Assembly (NCBI GenBank): GCA_946628455.1
Contig: CAMOWP010000001.1
Span: 1 to 34,238 of the forward strand
Origin: an uncultured Clostridia bacterium
GTDB taxonomy: Bacteria; Bacillota; Clostridia; Oscillospirales; Acutalibacteraceae
DNA length: 34,238 nt
Reading direction: 5' to 3'
Shown: piece by piece, positions 27,000-34,238 of the stretch
Layout: every line of letters begins with the position of its first letter
Numbering within the stretch: position 1 is the stretch's first letter
The notes under the pieces: generated by a model
What the model was told of the DNA's origin: nothing
The model's input: only the letters and a program-made list of their open reading frames with translations
Database searches by the model: none
Position numbers and translations under genes: made by a program

Positions 27000-27968
27000 T
27001 TAATTAAGCGTTAAAGTAAGCTTTATCGGAACATGGTCCGAAACGTCTTTCTTGTACTGTTCAAAATCGTTTTTGTAAAATTTACCAACCGCGTCAACCC
27101 TTTCAACCTCAACGCCAATTCCGTCAAACTGCCCCTCGTCATATGAAAAATGGTCAAAATTGCTGGCGTACCTTCCCAGCTCGCTGCCGGTAGTTGGGTT
27201 TTTTTCTATTTGAAGCGTGGTTTTCTCATACTGAACGGTTCTTATTATTCGTCCTCTCGTTTCGTCAATAACAATGCTGTGAAATTTGCTGGGCGGAGTA
27301 TGCCCTCTATCAATAAACGGGCTGTTGTTAGGTCCGTTATTGATGTTTAAATTGTAATCGCCGAGCATAACGGTGTATGTTGGGCGGCTGCCGTTTGTGC
27401 TTGCCGAATCCGCAAATCTGGGATACACCTCTTTTGCAAGCCTTTCAAATTCCTCACGTCTTTTTTGTAGGTCAGCTCCACCTGTGATTGAGCCGTACCA
27501 GAGGTGAACGCAGATTATTGCTATTTCAAAAAAGCCTCTGACCGATTCAAAAACTATGCAGCAGGGCTTTCTTGCAAAGCCCTCGTCATTAAAGATAAGG
27601 GAGTTGCCTCTGCTGTCTATGCAGAAGCTTCCCATTGCTTTTTCTTTTTCCGGTTTTTTCAGGCGAAATTTAGTGTTATCCCAAATGAAAGCGTAAAGCT
27701 CTTTTTTTGGGCCGCTTGCTCTTGAATCAACAACAACGTATTCCCAGTTCAGACCGAGCTTTCGCGTTATGGAGCTCAGAGCGTTTTCGGAGCCGAAAAC
27801 CTCCTGAAGCGCAATAATGTCAAACCTCTCAGAAGCCTGCGAGTTTTGCTTATAGATAATGTCCGCAATTTTATCAAGGTCTTTTCCTGAGGAATTATCC
27901 TGCCCGCGCTTATCCTGCTGACTGTCGCTCAACTGGTTTATATTAAACGAGCCGATTCTGTAGCTCAT
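27000..27968 (-). CDS. Endonuclease/exonuclease/phosphatase (EEP, DNase I-like) family protein
   Basis: Full catalytic set: IGSFNI, DIIALQEV, CVHL, MLGDYN, NFDHF, VSDHVPI; no signal peptide. Confidence 0.9.
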   Translation of the reverse strand: MSYRIGSFNINQLSDSQQDKRGQDNSSGKDLDKIADIIYKQNSQASERFDIIALQEVFGSENALSSITRKLGLNWEYVVVDSRASGPKKELYAFIWDNTKFRLKKPEKEKAMGSFCIDSRGNSLIFNDEGFARKPCCIVFESVRGFFEIAIICVHLWYGSITGGADLQKRREEFERLAKEVYPRFADSASTNGSRPTYTVMLGDYNLNINNGPNNSPFIDRGHTPPSKFHSIVIDETRGRIIRTVQYEKTTLQIEKNPTTGSELGRYASNFDHFSYDEGQFDGIGVEVERVDAVGKFYKNDFEQYKKDVSDHVPIKLTLTLN

Positions 27969-27988
27969 ATTCTCACCGCCTTTTTTGT

Positions 27989-28017
27989 ATTATATCATTA
28001 TTCAATTATCTTTACAA
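27989..28017 (-). promoter_or_regulatory. Internal sigma-A promoter for the EEP gene
   Basis: TTGTAA-17 nt-TATAAT with TG extension, -35 lying inside the 3' end of the WYL gene. Confidence 0.6.
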
Positions 28018-28912
28018 GGTCGCCCTGGGCGCTCAGCCACATATCAAGGCCTTTGCCGAAGGCCTCGGCGGTCATGGTGTAGACGCCGTTCTTTTCGCTT
28101 AAAACCTTCGCTGTCGGCACCTTGTCAAGCATTGCTTCAAGAACTCCGCTGTATTCAAACTTAACTCTCTTCAGCTCGCCGCCGTACATATAAAGCACTC
28201 GCTTTCTGAATTCGCCGTCGCTGAATTTGTCCTTGTAGGGGATTTCAAAGCTCTCGCCCGTTTCCCTGATTTTCTCCATTCTGTCAATGCGGAAGATAAT
28301 CGGGTAATCAACCTCAAAGCCGTAGGTTATGAGATAAAAGTAAAACTCGTTGAAAAGAATTGAAACGGGCTTGACTCTGCGTTTGCTGTGCTTGCCGTCC
28401 TGCCGCGTGTAGGTGAATTCAATAACGTGCTGATTTACTATGTGTTCCGAAAGCTGCCAGATGACGTCAAGCATCGCCTTTTCGTGATGAAGAGGAAGGT
28501 AGTTGAAAAATTCGTTTCTGATAATTTTCTCCGCCGTTCCTCTGTCCTGCGGGGAAATCTGCATAACGAGCTTCGTTATCAGCTCGCTCAGCTCCTCCCT
28601 GTTGAAAGCCCTGCTCTCAAGCAGAATTTTGCACACCGCAAGCGCCTCCTTGTTAGTCAGCCACTCCCTTTCAAGGCGGATAAGATAGTAGCTGTCGCGA
28701 GCTTTGCTGTATTTGATTGCCGTTTCAAATTCGTCAAAATGCGTTTCTGCAAGGTAGGCGCGCAGGTCGTCAATATCCCGCTGAACAGTTTTCAGCGATA
28801 CGCCGAATTCGTCTGATAATTCCTGCTTGCTCAGCTCCTCGCCCTTGTTGAGCCTTTCGTACATCGAAAGCAGGCGGAAGCCCTTGTTTGCGCTGAAATC
28901 CAAAAAATCCAT
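27998..28912 (-). CDS. HTH-WYL(-WCX) domain transcriptional regulator
   Basis: N-terminal wHTH (ELSDEFGVSLKTVQRDIDDLR); WYL core (IEFTY...RRVKPVSILFNEFYFYLI...IFRIDRM); C-terminal WLSAQGDLVKII. Confidence 0.93.
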   Translation of the reverse strand: MDFLDFSANKGFRLLSMYERLNKGEELSKQELSDEFGVSLKTVQRDIDDLRAYLAETHFDEFETAIKYSKARDSYYLIRLEREWLTNKEALAVCKILLESRAFNREELSELITKLVMQISPQDRGTAEKIIRNEFFNYLPLHHEKAMLDVIWQLSEHIVNQHVIEFTYTRQDGKHSKRRVKPVSILFNEFYFYLITYGFEVDYPIIFRIDRMEKIRETGESFEIPYKDKFSDGEFRKRVLYMYGGELKRVKFEYSGVLEAMLDKVPTAKVLSEKNGVYTMTAEAFGKGLDMWLSAQGDLVKIIE

Positions 28913-28930
28913 TTTCTCACCTCGTAACCC

Positions 28931-28961
28931 ATTATATCATAAAAGATGGACAAAATGCGGG
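28931..28961 (-). promoter_or_regulatory. Non-canonical promoter motif CCC-N6-TGTCCA-N10-TATAAT (copy 1)
   Basis: TATAAT at 28931-28936, TGTCCA at 28947-28952, CCC at 28959-28961 (minus strand); no canonical -35. Confidence 0.65.
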
Positions 28962-29004
28962 TATTTTACAAATAGTTTTAAAAAAAGAAAAAGCCTCCGC
29001 AGGC

Positions 29005-29727
29005 TTAAAGCTTCTGCAGGGCTTTTTTCAGTTCGGCGGCGCTCTGGTAGCGCTGAGATGTCTGAAGCTCTGTGCATTTCTTAATTATTTTTCCGAGCCG
29101 TCCTTTGGGGATTTCCGCTGTCGGGTGAACGCCTGTTGAGAGGATGTTTGCAAGCACGCCGAGCGCGTAAATGTCCGCAGTGGGAAGGCTTTCGGAAACG
29201 CCGTATTGCTCGGGAGCGGCGTAGCCTGCCGTGCCGAGGCTCGAGGTATCTGTTTCGCTGTAGCTGATTATTCTTGAAACGCTGAAATCAATAAGGCACG
29301 CCCTGCCGTTTCTTATGATAACGTTTTCGGGCTTAACGTCCCTGTGAACTATTCCGAGCGAATGAATAATGCCGAGCGCGTCGCATAAATCAAGCAGGTA
29401 ACCTTTAAGTTCTGAATCCGATATTTTCTTATCCTCTTTAAGAAAGCACGAAAGGGGAGTTCCCTCAACGTATTCCTCAAGAACAAACAGGAAATCCTCC
29501 TCGCCCGATACCTCATAAATCATCGGGGTAAAGCCGTTTGTGTTAACGCCCCTGAGCTTTCTGAAAACGTCGTCATTTCTGTAGGCGGACTGAATAAGCA
29601 CAAGCTTTTTCCCGCTGTTGGTGTGCCTGTAGGCGGTGAGGCTGTTAACCGAGGTTTCGCTTAGCACTCCGAGCTTTTCGTATTCGTTTTTAAGTGTGTC
29701 AAAAATATAGTTTTTCAGTTCGCTCAT
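29005..29727 (-). CDS. Soluble Hanks-type Ser/Thr protein kinase (atypical N-lobe)
   Basis: LEEYVEG, VHRDVKPENV, LIDFS, GTAGYAAPEQY, ADIYALG motifs. Confidence 0.9.
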   Translation of the reverse strand: MSELKNYIFDTLKNEYEKLGVLSETSVNSLTAYRHTNSGKKLVLIQSAYRNDDVFRKLRGVNTNGFTPMIYEVSGEEDFLFVLEEYVEGTPLSCFLKEDKKISDSELKGYLLDLCDALGIIHSLGIVHRDVKPENVIIRNGRACLIDFSVSRIISYSETDTSSLGTAGYAAPEQYGVSESLPTADIYALGVLANILSTGVHPTAEIPKGRLGKIIKKCTELQTSQRYQSAAELKKALQKL

Positions 29728-30155
29728 TGTAACTCTGCTTCTCCTGCGCTGTCAAGCAGCTCCTGGGTCTGATAAAGGGAATAGCCGTGCTCAATTGCGT
29801 AAATCAAATAGCTTTCACGCTTGATTTTAGGGTAAAGTGGGGAGTGGTTGCAGTAGGTCAGCGCCTTCTGGCAGTCATCAATCCCGAGCCCCATTGCAAG
29901 TATCAGCCTGACAATTTTATCCTTTGCGGGAACCTTCTTCCCCTGAAGGATTTCGTAAAAATAGATATAGGAAATATCGGCGTTGTTAACAACGTCTGAT
30001 TTAGTTTTTTGGCTTCTTTCAAGCAGAGCGCTCCAAAAGCTTTTCAGGTTTGTTTCAATAAACGAGTCGCTGTTGTTGGCGATATATTTGTTTATATCTG
30101 TGCTTTTTTCCTTTAATTCATCCAATAAATCGTCCGTGCTTTTTTTCTTAATCAT
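29724..30155 (-). CDS. XRE/HTH-like transcriptional regulator
   Basis: KSDVVNNADISYIYFYEILQGKKVPAKDKIVRL helix-turn-helix pattern; start reassigned to ATG 30155 below GGAGGAG. Confidence 0.72.
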   Translation of the reverse strand: MIKKKSTDDLLDELKEKSTDINKYIANNSDSFIETNLKSFWSALLERSQKTKSDVVNNADISYIYFYEILQGKKVPAKDKIVRLILAMGLGIDDCQKALTYCNHSPLYPKIKRESYLIYAIEHGYSLYQTQELLDSAGEAELQ

Positions 30156-30927
30156 AGTAGTAAATAATCTCTCCTCCGAAATATTGCATTCCCTCCGTGT
30201 CGGCGGAGGTGCCTGCGTAGATGTAGATTGTTTTGAGGTTAGGAAGCGCTGAAAACAGGTTATTCCAGTCACACTTAAGGTTTTCGCGCTTGCTGAATTT
30301 AAGAGTTTTGAGATATCTGTTTGTTTCAAAGGCGTTTTTTGAAATGCTTGTAACGCCGTAGGGTATTGTGTATGAGGAGCTCTTCCTTGCGGCGGGGTAT
30401 TTAAGCAGCACTCCGTTTTTTATCACAACCGCAGTCGATTCCTTTTTAGTTGTTTTCTCCTTTTTTGCGGTGGTTTCCTTTGCTGTAGTTTCCTTCTTTG
30501 TGGTTTCCCCGGAGGTCTGCTCCGTGTCTGCCCGGGTTGAGGCGGTACCCGTCTGTGCCTCCGTCTGCGACGTCGCTTCGGTTGAGGCTGAGGTTTCAGC
30601 AGGCTTTTCTGTCTTTTTCTCTGTGCTTTTTTCAGTGCTCTGAGCAGCCGTTCGTGCTGCCGACGTTGTGCTTTCAGTGCTGACTGCAACAACGCCCTCG
30701 CTTTGCTCAGGAGCCTTTTCCGGCCTGCCTGCGGCGCAGAAAACTGCAACAGCTCCTGCGGCGATTACAAGCGCCGAAATTATAACAATTATTAATTTTT
30801 GCCTGCCTTTTGAAGGCGCTTTCTGAGCCTGCGGCGGCTTTTTTTCGCCGATAACCGTAAAGCAGTGCAGGCAAAAGCCCGCGCCCTGCGGAAGCTCCGC
30901 CCCGCAATTCGGACATTTCATTTTCAT
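30148..30927 (-). CDS. Zinc-ribbon / single-TM / Thr-rich linker / short BspA-type LRR membrane protein
   Basis: CPNCG...FCLHC, TM LIIVIISALVIAAGAVAVF, ETT/KETT repeats, LLKYP...YTIPYGVTSISKNAF. Confidence 0.8.
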   Translation of the reverse strand: MKMKCPNCGAELPQGAGFCLHCFTVIGEKKPPQAQKAPSKGRQKLIIVIISALVIAAGAVAVFCAAGRPEKAPEQSEGVVAVSTESTTSAARTAAQSTEKSTEKKTEKPAETSASTEATSQTEAQTGTASTRADTEQTSGETTKKETTAKETTAKKEKTTKKESTAVVIKNGVLLKYPAARKSSSYTIPYGVTSISKNAFETNRYLKTLKFSKRENLKCDWNNLFSALPNLKTIYIYAGTSADTEGMQYFGGEIIYYYD

Positions 30928-30960
30928 TATTAATCTCTTTTCCGCTAATATATCAATTTA

Positions 30961-31057
30961 ATTATAGTAGAGATTTAAAATTTTGTAAATACGTTTTACC
31001 TCAAAAAAAGATTTATGCTGACAGCTAATTGCAAAGCAGTGCATTTTAATGTATAAT
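30961..31057. promoter_or_regulatory. Back-to-back sigma-A promoters
   Basis: Minus: TTTACA-17-TATAAT (30961-30989); plus: TTGCAA-17-TATAAT (31029-31057). Confidence 0.65.
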
Positions 31058-31111
31058 TATTTGGGCTATTTTACGCATTTATTAGATTTTTGTATATTAC
31101 GGGTGATATTT

Positions 31112-34100
31112 ATGCTTAAAAGAATAATGCTGTTTATTATGTCTGCTTCGGTTTTGCTTTCCTGCGCGCCGATTACCTCGCTTGCGCTTGAGGCGGAGTA
31201 TTCATATTCGGTTAATGAAGAAGGAACGGCTGTTATTACCTCTTATAACGGAAGCAGTGAAAGGGCTGAAATCCCCGATAAAATTGACGGTTACAAGGTA
31301 ACGGCAATCGGGGAGAAAGCGTTTTACGCCTGCTCGCTTTCAGAGATTGTTATTCCCGATACAGTAAGTGAAATCGGAAATGAAGCTTTTGTCAACAACA
31401 GCATTACTGAGCTCACTGTGCCTGACAGCGTTACAGCAATCGGAAACTCAGCGTTTACGTATAATTCCAATCTGGAGAGAGTTTATATAGGCTCGGGCGT
31501 TGAGAGTATCGGAGAGAAGGCATTTTATAAATGCACATCGCTTGAGAACATAAACGTTTCGCCTGAAAATGAGACATACACGAGCTATGACGGAGTGCTT
31601 TATACGGAAAACGGCGAGGTGCTCATTTTGTATCCGTCGGGAAAGAAGGGGGATAGCTTTAAGCTGCCTGACTGCGTTAAAACGGTTAAGCAGGGCTCCT
31701 TTGAAAGCACTAAGGTCAAGTCGCTTAATCTCAATAAGGCGGAAAGGGTTGAACCCTATTTCAATCCGGGAACTGAGCTTACAGAGCTGATTATCCCATA
31801 TTCCTTAATTTCTGTTTTTAACATTACAATTGCGAGCGAATGCGAAGTATATGTTTATAACCCGCAATGCAATCTGTCGTTCGAACTCGGAAACGGAAGC
31901 TATAACGTTAAGATTTACGGCTACAGCAATTCGCGCGCAAAAAGCGTTGCAGAATCCCTTAATTCGGGATATAAAAAATTCACCTTTATCTCCCTTGAAA
32001 AAGAGGAAAACGGATATAAATACGAAATAATCAACGAAAGGGCAACAATTAATTCGTACAGCGGAGACGAAAAGGAGCTTGAAATTCCCTCTGAGCTCGG
32101 CGGCGCGCCTGTTGCGGTAATCGGTGAAAGCGCTTTTTCTCAGCACAGCGAAATCGAAACACTGATAATACCCGATTCGGTTGAGGAGATTTGCACTAAC
32201 GCTTTTCAGGGATGCGGAAATATCAATACGCTTTTCTACCCTTGCTCGGCAAGAATAACTGACAAATATAACGGCGCCTTCGGAGGCTGTAATAATATTG
32301 AAAACGTTACGATAACAAAGGGCAACGGCGCTATGCCGAGTTATTCGACAATTCAGATGATTTCCTTCGGGAACTCAACGTACTATAAAAATTACCCGTG
32401 GAATTTCTCAACGGTTCTGAAAAATCTTGCTGTTGAAAACGGGGTTAAAAGCATAGGCAGCAATGTGCTTTACAATCACAAGGAGCTTGAAAGCTTCCAT
32501 CTTCCCGCATCTGTTGAAACACTGTCAGTCAACGCGTTTAACGGCTGTACTAACCTTAAAGAGATTAAAATTGACGAGGGTAATGAAGCGCTCTGCGATG
32601 TTGACGGCGTCGTTTACTCAAAGGATAAGAAAACGCTCGTTTATTATCCATATGCAAAGGAGGAGGAATTTTATTCGCTTCTTTCGCAGACGGAAACGGT
32701 TAACGAAAATTCAATTTTCTCGTCTAAGCTTAAGGTTATCTATCTCGGAAAATCAGTAAAGAATTTTACATATGAAAGCGTAAATAGCTGCAGCAGCCTT
32801 GAAAGCATTTCCGTAAACGTAAACAATGAGCATTTTTCATCAGAGGACGGAGTGCTTTTCAACAAGGATAAAACAGAGCTTATAAGGTATCCTGTTAATA
32901 AATCAGGCAGCTACTACATTGTTCCCGACACGGTTAAAACAATCGGAAAGCGCGCGTTTTATAATAACAAGTATTTAGACACCGTTGACATCCCCGAGGG
33001 GCTTGAGGTTTTCAAAACTTATTCATTTGCCGGCTGCACCAAGCTTTCAAGCTTCTATATCCCCCGAACAACAACTCTGATTGAAGCCTACGCGCTCAGC
33101 GGCAATTCATCGCTGACAGCGCTTTCGTGCCACAGTTATGACTGCGTAATTGAAAAAAATGCGTTTAACAATTCGAATGTGCCGATTTACGGCTGCTCGG
33201 GCTCAACGGCGCAGGCTTATGCTTCCGAGAACAAAATCAGATTTGATTCCTGGGGGCATAATTTTAAAAATGAGGTTGATGAAAACGGTGCGCCGATGCT
33301 TGTATGCACAAAGTGTAATTACTGGCGCTACGATTCCTCAAACCACGATTCAACCCACACAATGACCGCAACCGTTACAGACCCCACCTGCACCCGGCAG
33401 GGCTTTACTAAGCACATATGCAGCGACTGCGGCTACACGTATACTGACGAATATACAGAGCCTCTCGGCCATAGCCCTGTTGCGGACGAGGCGGTTGAAG
33501 CAACCTGCGCAAAGGAGGGTAAAACCGCGGGAGAGCACTGCTCGCGCTGCGGTCTGGTGTATACAGCGCAGACGGCTATCCCCAAAAAGGAGCACTGCTT
33601 TGATATCTATTCCCTTGAAAGGTCGCCAAGCTGTACCCAAAGCGGAATTGAAAGATATATCTGCTCCGCCTGCGGCGCTTCGTATACTGAGGAGCTTAAA
33701 AAAACCGAGCACACCTATGCACCCATAACAGTTAAAAAGGCGGGGTTTGATGCCGACGGAAAAACTGAATTCAGATGCACTGCCTGCAACGCCATGCTCA
33801 AAGCAGAGACTGTCAGCGCAATTAAAGCAATCAGAGCTCCGTCAATGCTTGCCGTATACACTGGCAGGGCGCTTGAATTCCCTCAGTTTATCGTAACCGA
33901 TAAAAACGGCAAGCTGATAAACTCAGAAAACTATACCGTTAAATGCATATCCCGTAGCAACTCAAAAGAGGTTAAGAGCATTAAAGCAATCGGGCAGTAT
34001 AAGCTGCAGCTTGATTTCCGAGGAAGCTATGAGGGCTCAAGGACCTATTATTTCTCCGTTCTTCCTAAGGCGGTTACCCAGAAAAAGCCGAAAGCGAAAA

Positions 34101-34238
34101 GGAAGGCTGTAACCGTAAAATGGAAAAAATGCAGCGGCGTTTCAGGCTATCAGCTTATTATTTCAGAGGATAAGCGCTTTAACAAAAAGGTGAAAACCTA
34201 CAATGTTTCAGCTTCTAAGGTCGCCAAAACAATCAAGG
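31112..34238 (+). CDS. BspA-like leucine-rich-repeat (LRR_5) secreted/surface protein with Cys/His-rich repeats and FN3-like C-terminal region (truncated by window edge)
   Basis: Manual translation from ATG 31112: signal peptide MLKRIMLFIMSASVLLSCAPITSLA, then IPDKIDGYKVTAIGEKAF, IPDTVSEIGNEAF, DGVLY...LILYP repeats; PTCT..G...C..CG repeats near 33350-33800; VKWKKCSGVSGYQL near the end. Missing from ORF track because it has no stop in the window. Confidence 0.9.
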   Translation, partial: MLKRIMLFIMSASVLLSCAPITSLALEAEYSYSVNEEGTAVITSYNGSSERAEIPDKIDGYKVTAIGEKAFYACSLSEIVIPDTVSEIGNEAFVNNSITELTVPDSVTAIGNSAFTYNSNLERVYIGSGVESIGEKAFYKCTSLENINVSPENETYTSYDGVLYTENGEVLILYPSGKKGDSFKLPDCVKTVKQGSFESTKVKSLNLNKAERVEPYFNPGTELTELIIPYSLISVFNITIASECEVYVYNPQCNLSFELGNGSYNVKIYGYSNSRAKSVAESLNSGYKKFTFISLEKEENGYKYEIINERATINSYSGDEKELEIPSELGGAPVAVIGESAFSQHSEIETLIIPDSVEEICTNAFQGCGNINTLFYPCSARITDKYNGAFGGCNNIENVTITKGNGAMPSYSTIQMISFGNSTYYKNYPWNFSTVLKNLAVENGVKSIGSNVLYNHKELESFHLPASVETLSVNAFNGCTNLKEIKIDEGNEALCDVDGVVYSKDKKTLVYYPYAKEEEFYSLLSQTETVNENSIFSSKLKVIYLGKSVKNFTYESVNSCSSLESISVNVNNEHFSSEDGVLFNKDKTELIRYPVNKSGSYYIVPDTVKTIGKRAFYNNKYLDTVDIPEGLEVFKTYSFAGCTKLSSFYIPRTTTLIEAYALSGNSSLTALSCHSYDCVIEKNAFNNSNVPIYGCSGSTAQAYASENKIRFDSWGHNFKNEVDENGAPMLVCTKCNYWRYDSSNHDSTHTMTATVTDPTCTRQGFTKHICSDCGYTYTDEYTEPLGHSPVADEAVEATCAKEGKTAGEHCSRCGLVYTAQTAIPKKEHCFDIYSLERSPSCTQSGIERYICSACGASYTEELKKTEHTYAPITVKKAGFDADGKTEFRCTACNAMLKAETVSAIKAIRAPSMLAVYTGRALEFPQFIVTDKNGKLINSENYTVKCISRSNSKEVKSIKAIGQYKLQLDFRGSYEGSRTYYFSVLPKAVTQKKPKAKRKAVTVKWKKCSGVSGYQLIISEDKRFNKKVKTYNVSASKVAKTIK

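Noticed and set aside
22578-29004. Mobile element or att sites bounding the WYL block
   Set aside because: No integrase, transposase, tRNA or flanking direct repeat found by eye; accessory status remains unproven.
30156-30329. 58-aa N-terminal extension of the HTH ORF given in the track
   Set aside because: Overlaps the upstream gene in another frame; a strong RBS precedes ATG 30155.
30445-30700. Short tandem-like nucleotide repeats (GTTTCC/TTTTC)
   Set aside because: Explained by the low-complexity KETT/TEK linker of the membrane protein.
31569-33728. Several short ORFs listed in the track across the right end
   Set aside because: All are off-frame or antisense shadows of the long BspA-like ORF starting at 31112.

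Overview
Chromosomal window from what looks like an anaerobic gut/rumen Firmicute (Clostridia-like genes, sigma-A promoters, AGGAGG RBSs); the taxon is inferred, not determined. The left two-thirds is metabolic. It holds rhaB-rhaA-rhaD' (L-rhamnose), a tandem glycine riboswitch ahead of an AGCS amino-acid symporter, and a sugar-acid cluster (uxaB, uxaA, an MDR dehydrogenase, an LgoD-like dehydrogenase, a lactonase-like amidohydrolase) that, with a nearby GH95, fits an oxidative L-galactose pathway. It also holds several hydrolases/oxidoreductases, a FeoA-FeoB fusion, a flavoprotein and fucO with a Rex-like box. At 22.6-28.96 kb is the most unusual block: five co-oriented minus-strand genes encoding an HTH-WYL regulator, a cytoplasmic EEP (DNase I-like) nuclease, a 1046-aa unknown protein with hydrophobic hairpins and a PH-like tail, a 213-aa unknown and a small membrane protein. 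Two of its promoters share a CCC-N6-TGTCCATC-N8-TAnAAT motif reminiscent of the PafBC -26 element, and a hairpin-rich intergenic segment contains a small ORF. This is a candidate undescribed WYL-controlled defence/stress system. The right end has a Zn-ribbon/TM/LRR + HTH + atypical Ser/Thr kinase operon divergent from a large BspA-like LRR surface protein that runs off the window and is absent from the ORF track. No CRISPR array, tRNA, rRNA or transposase was seen.
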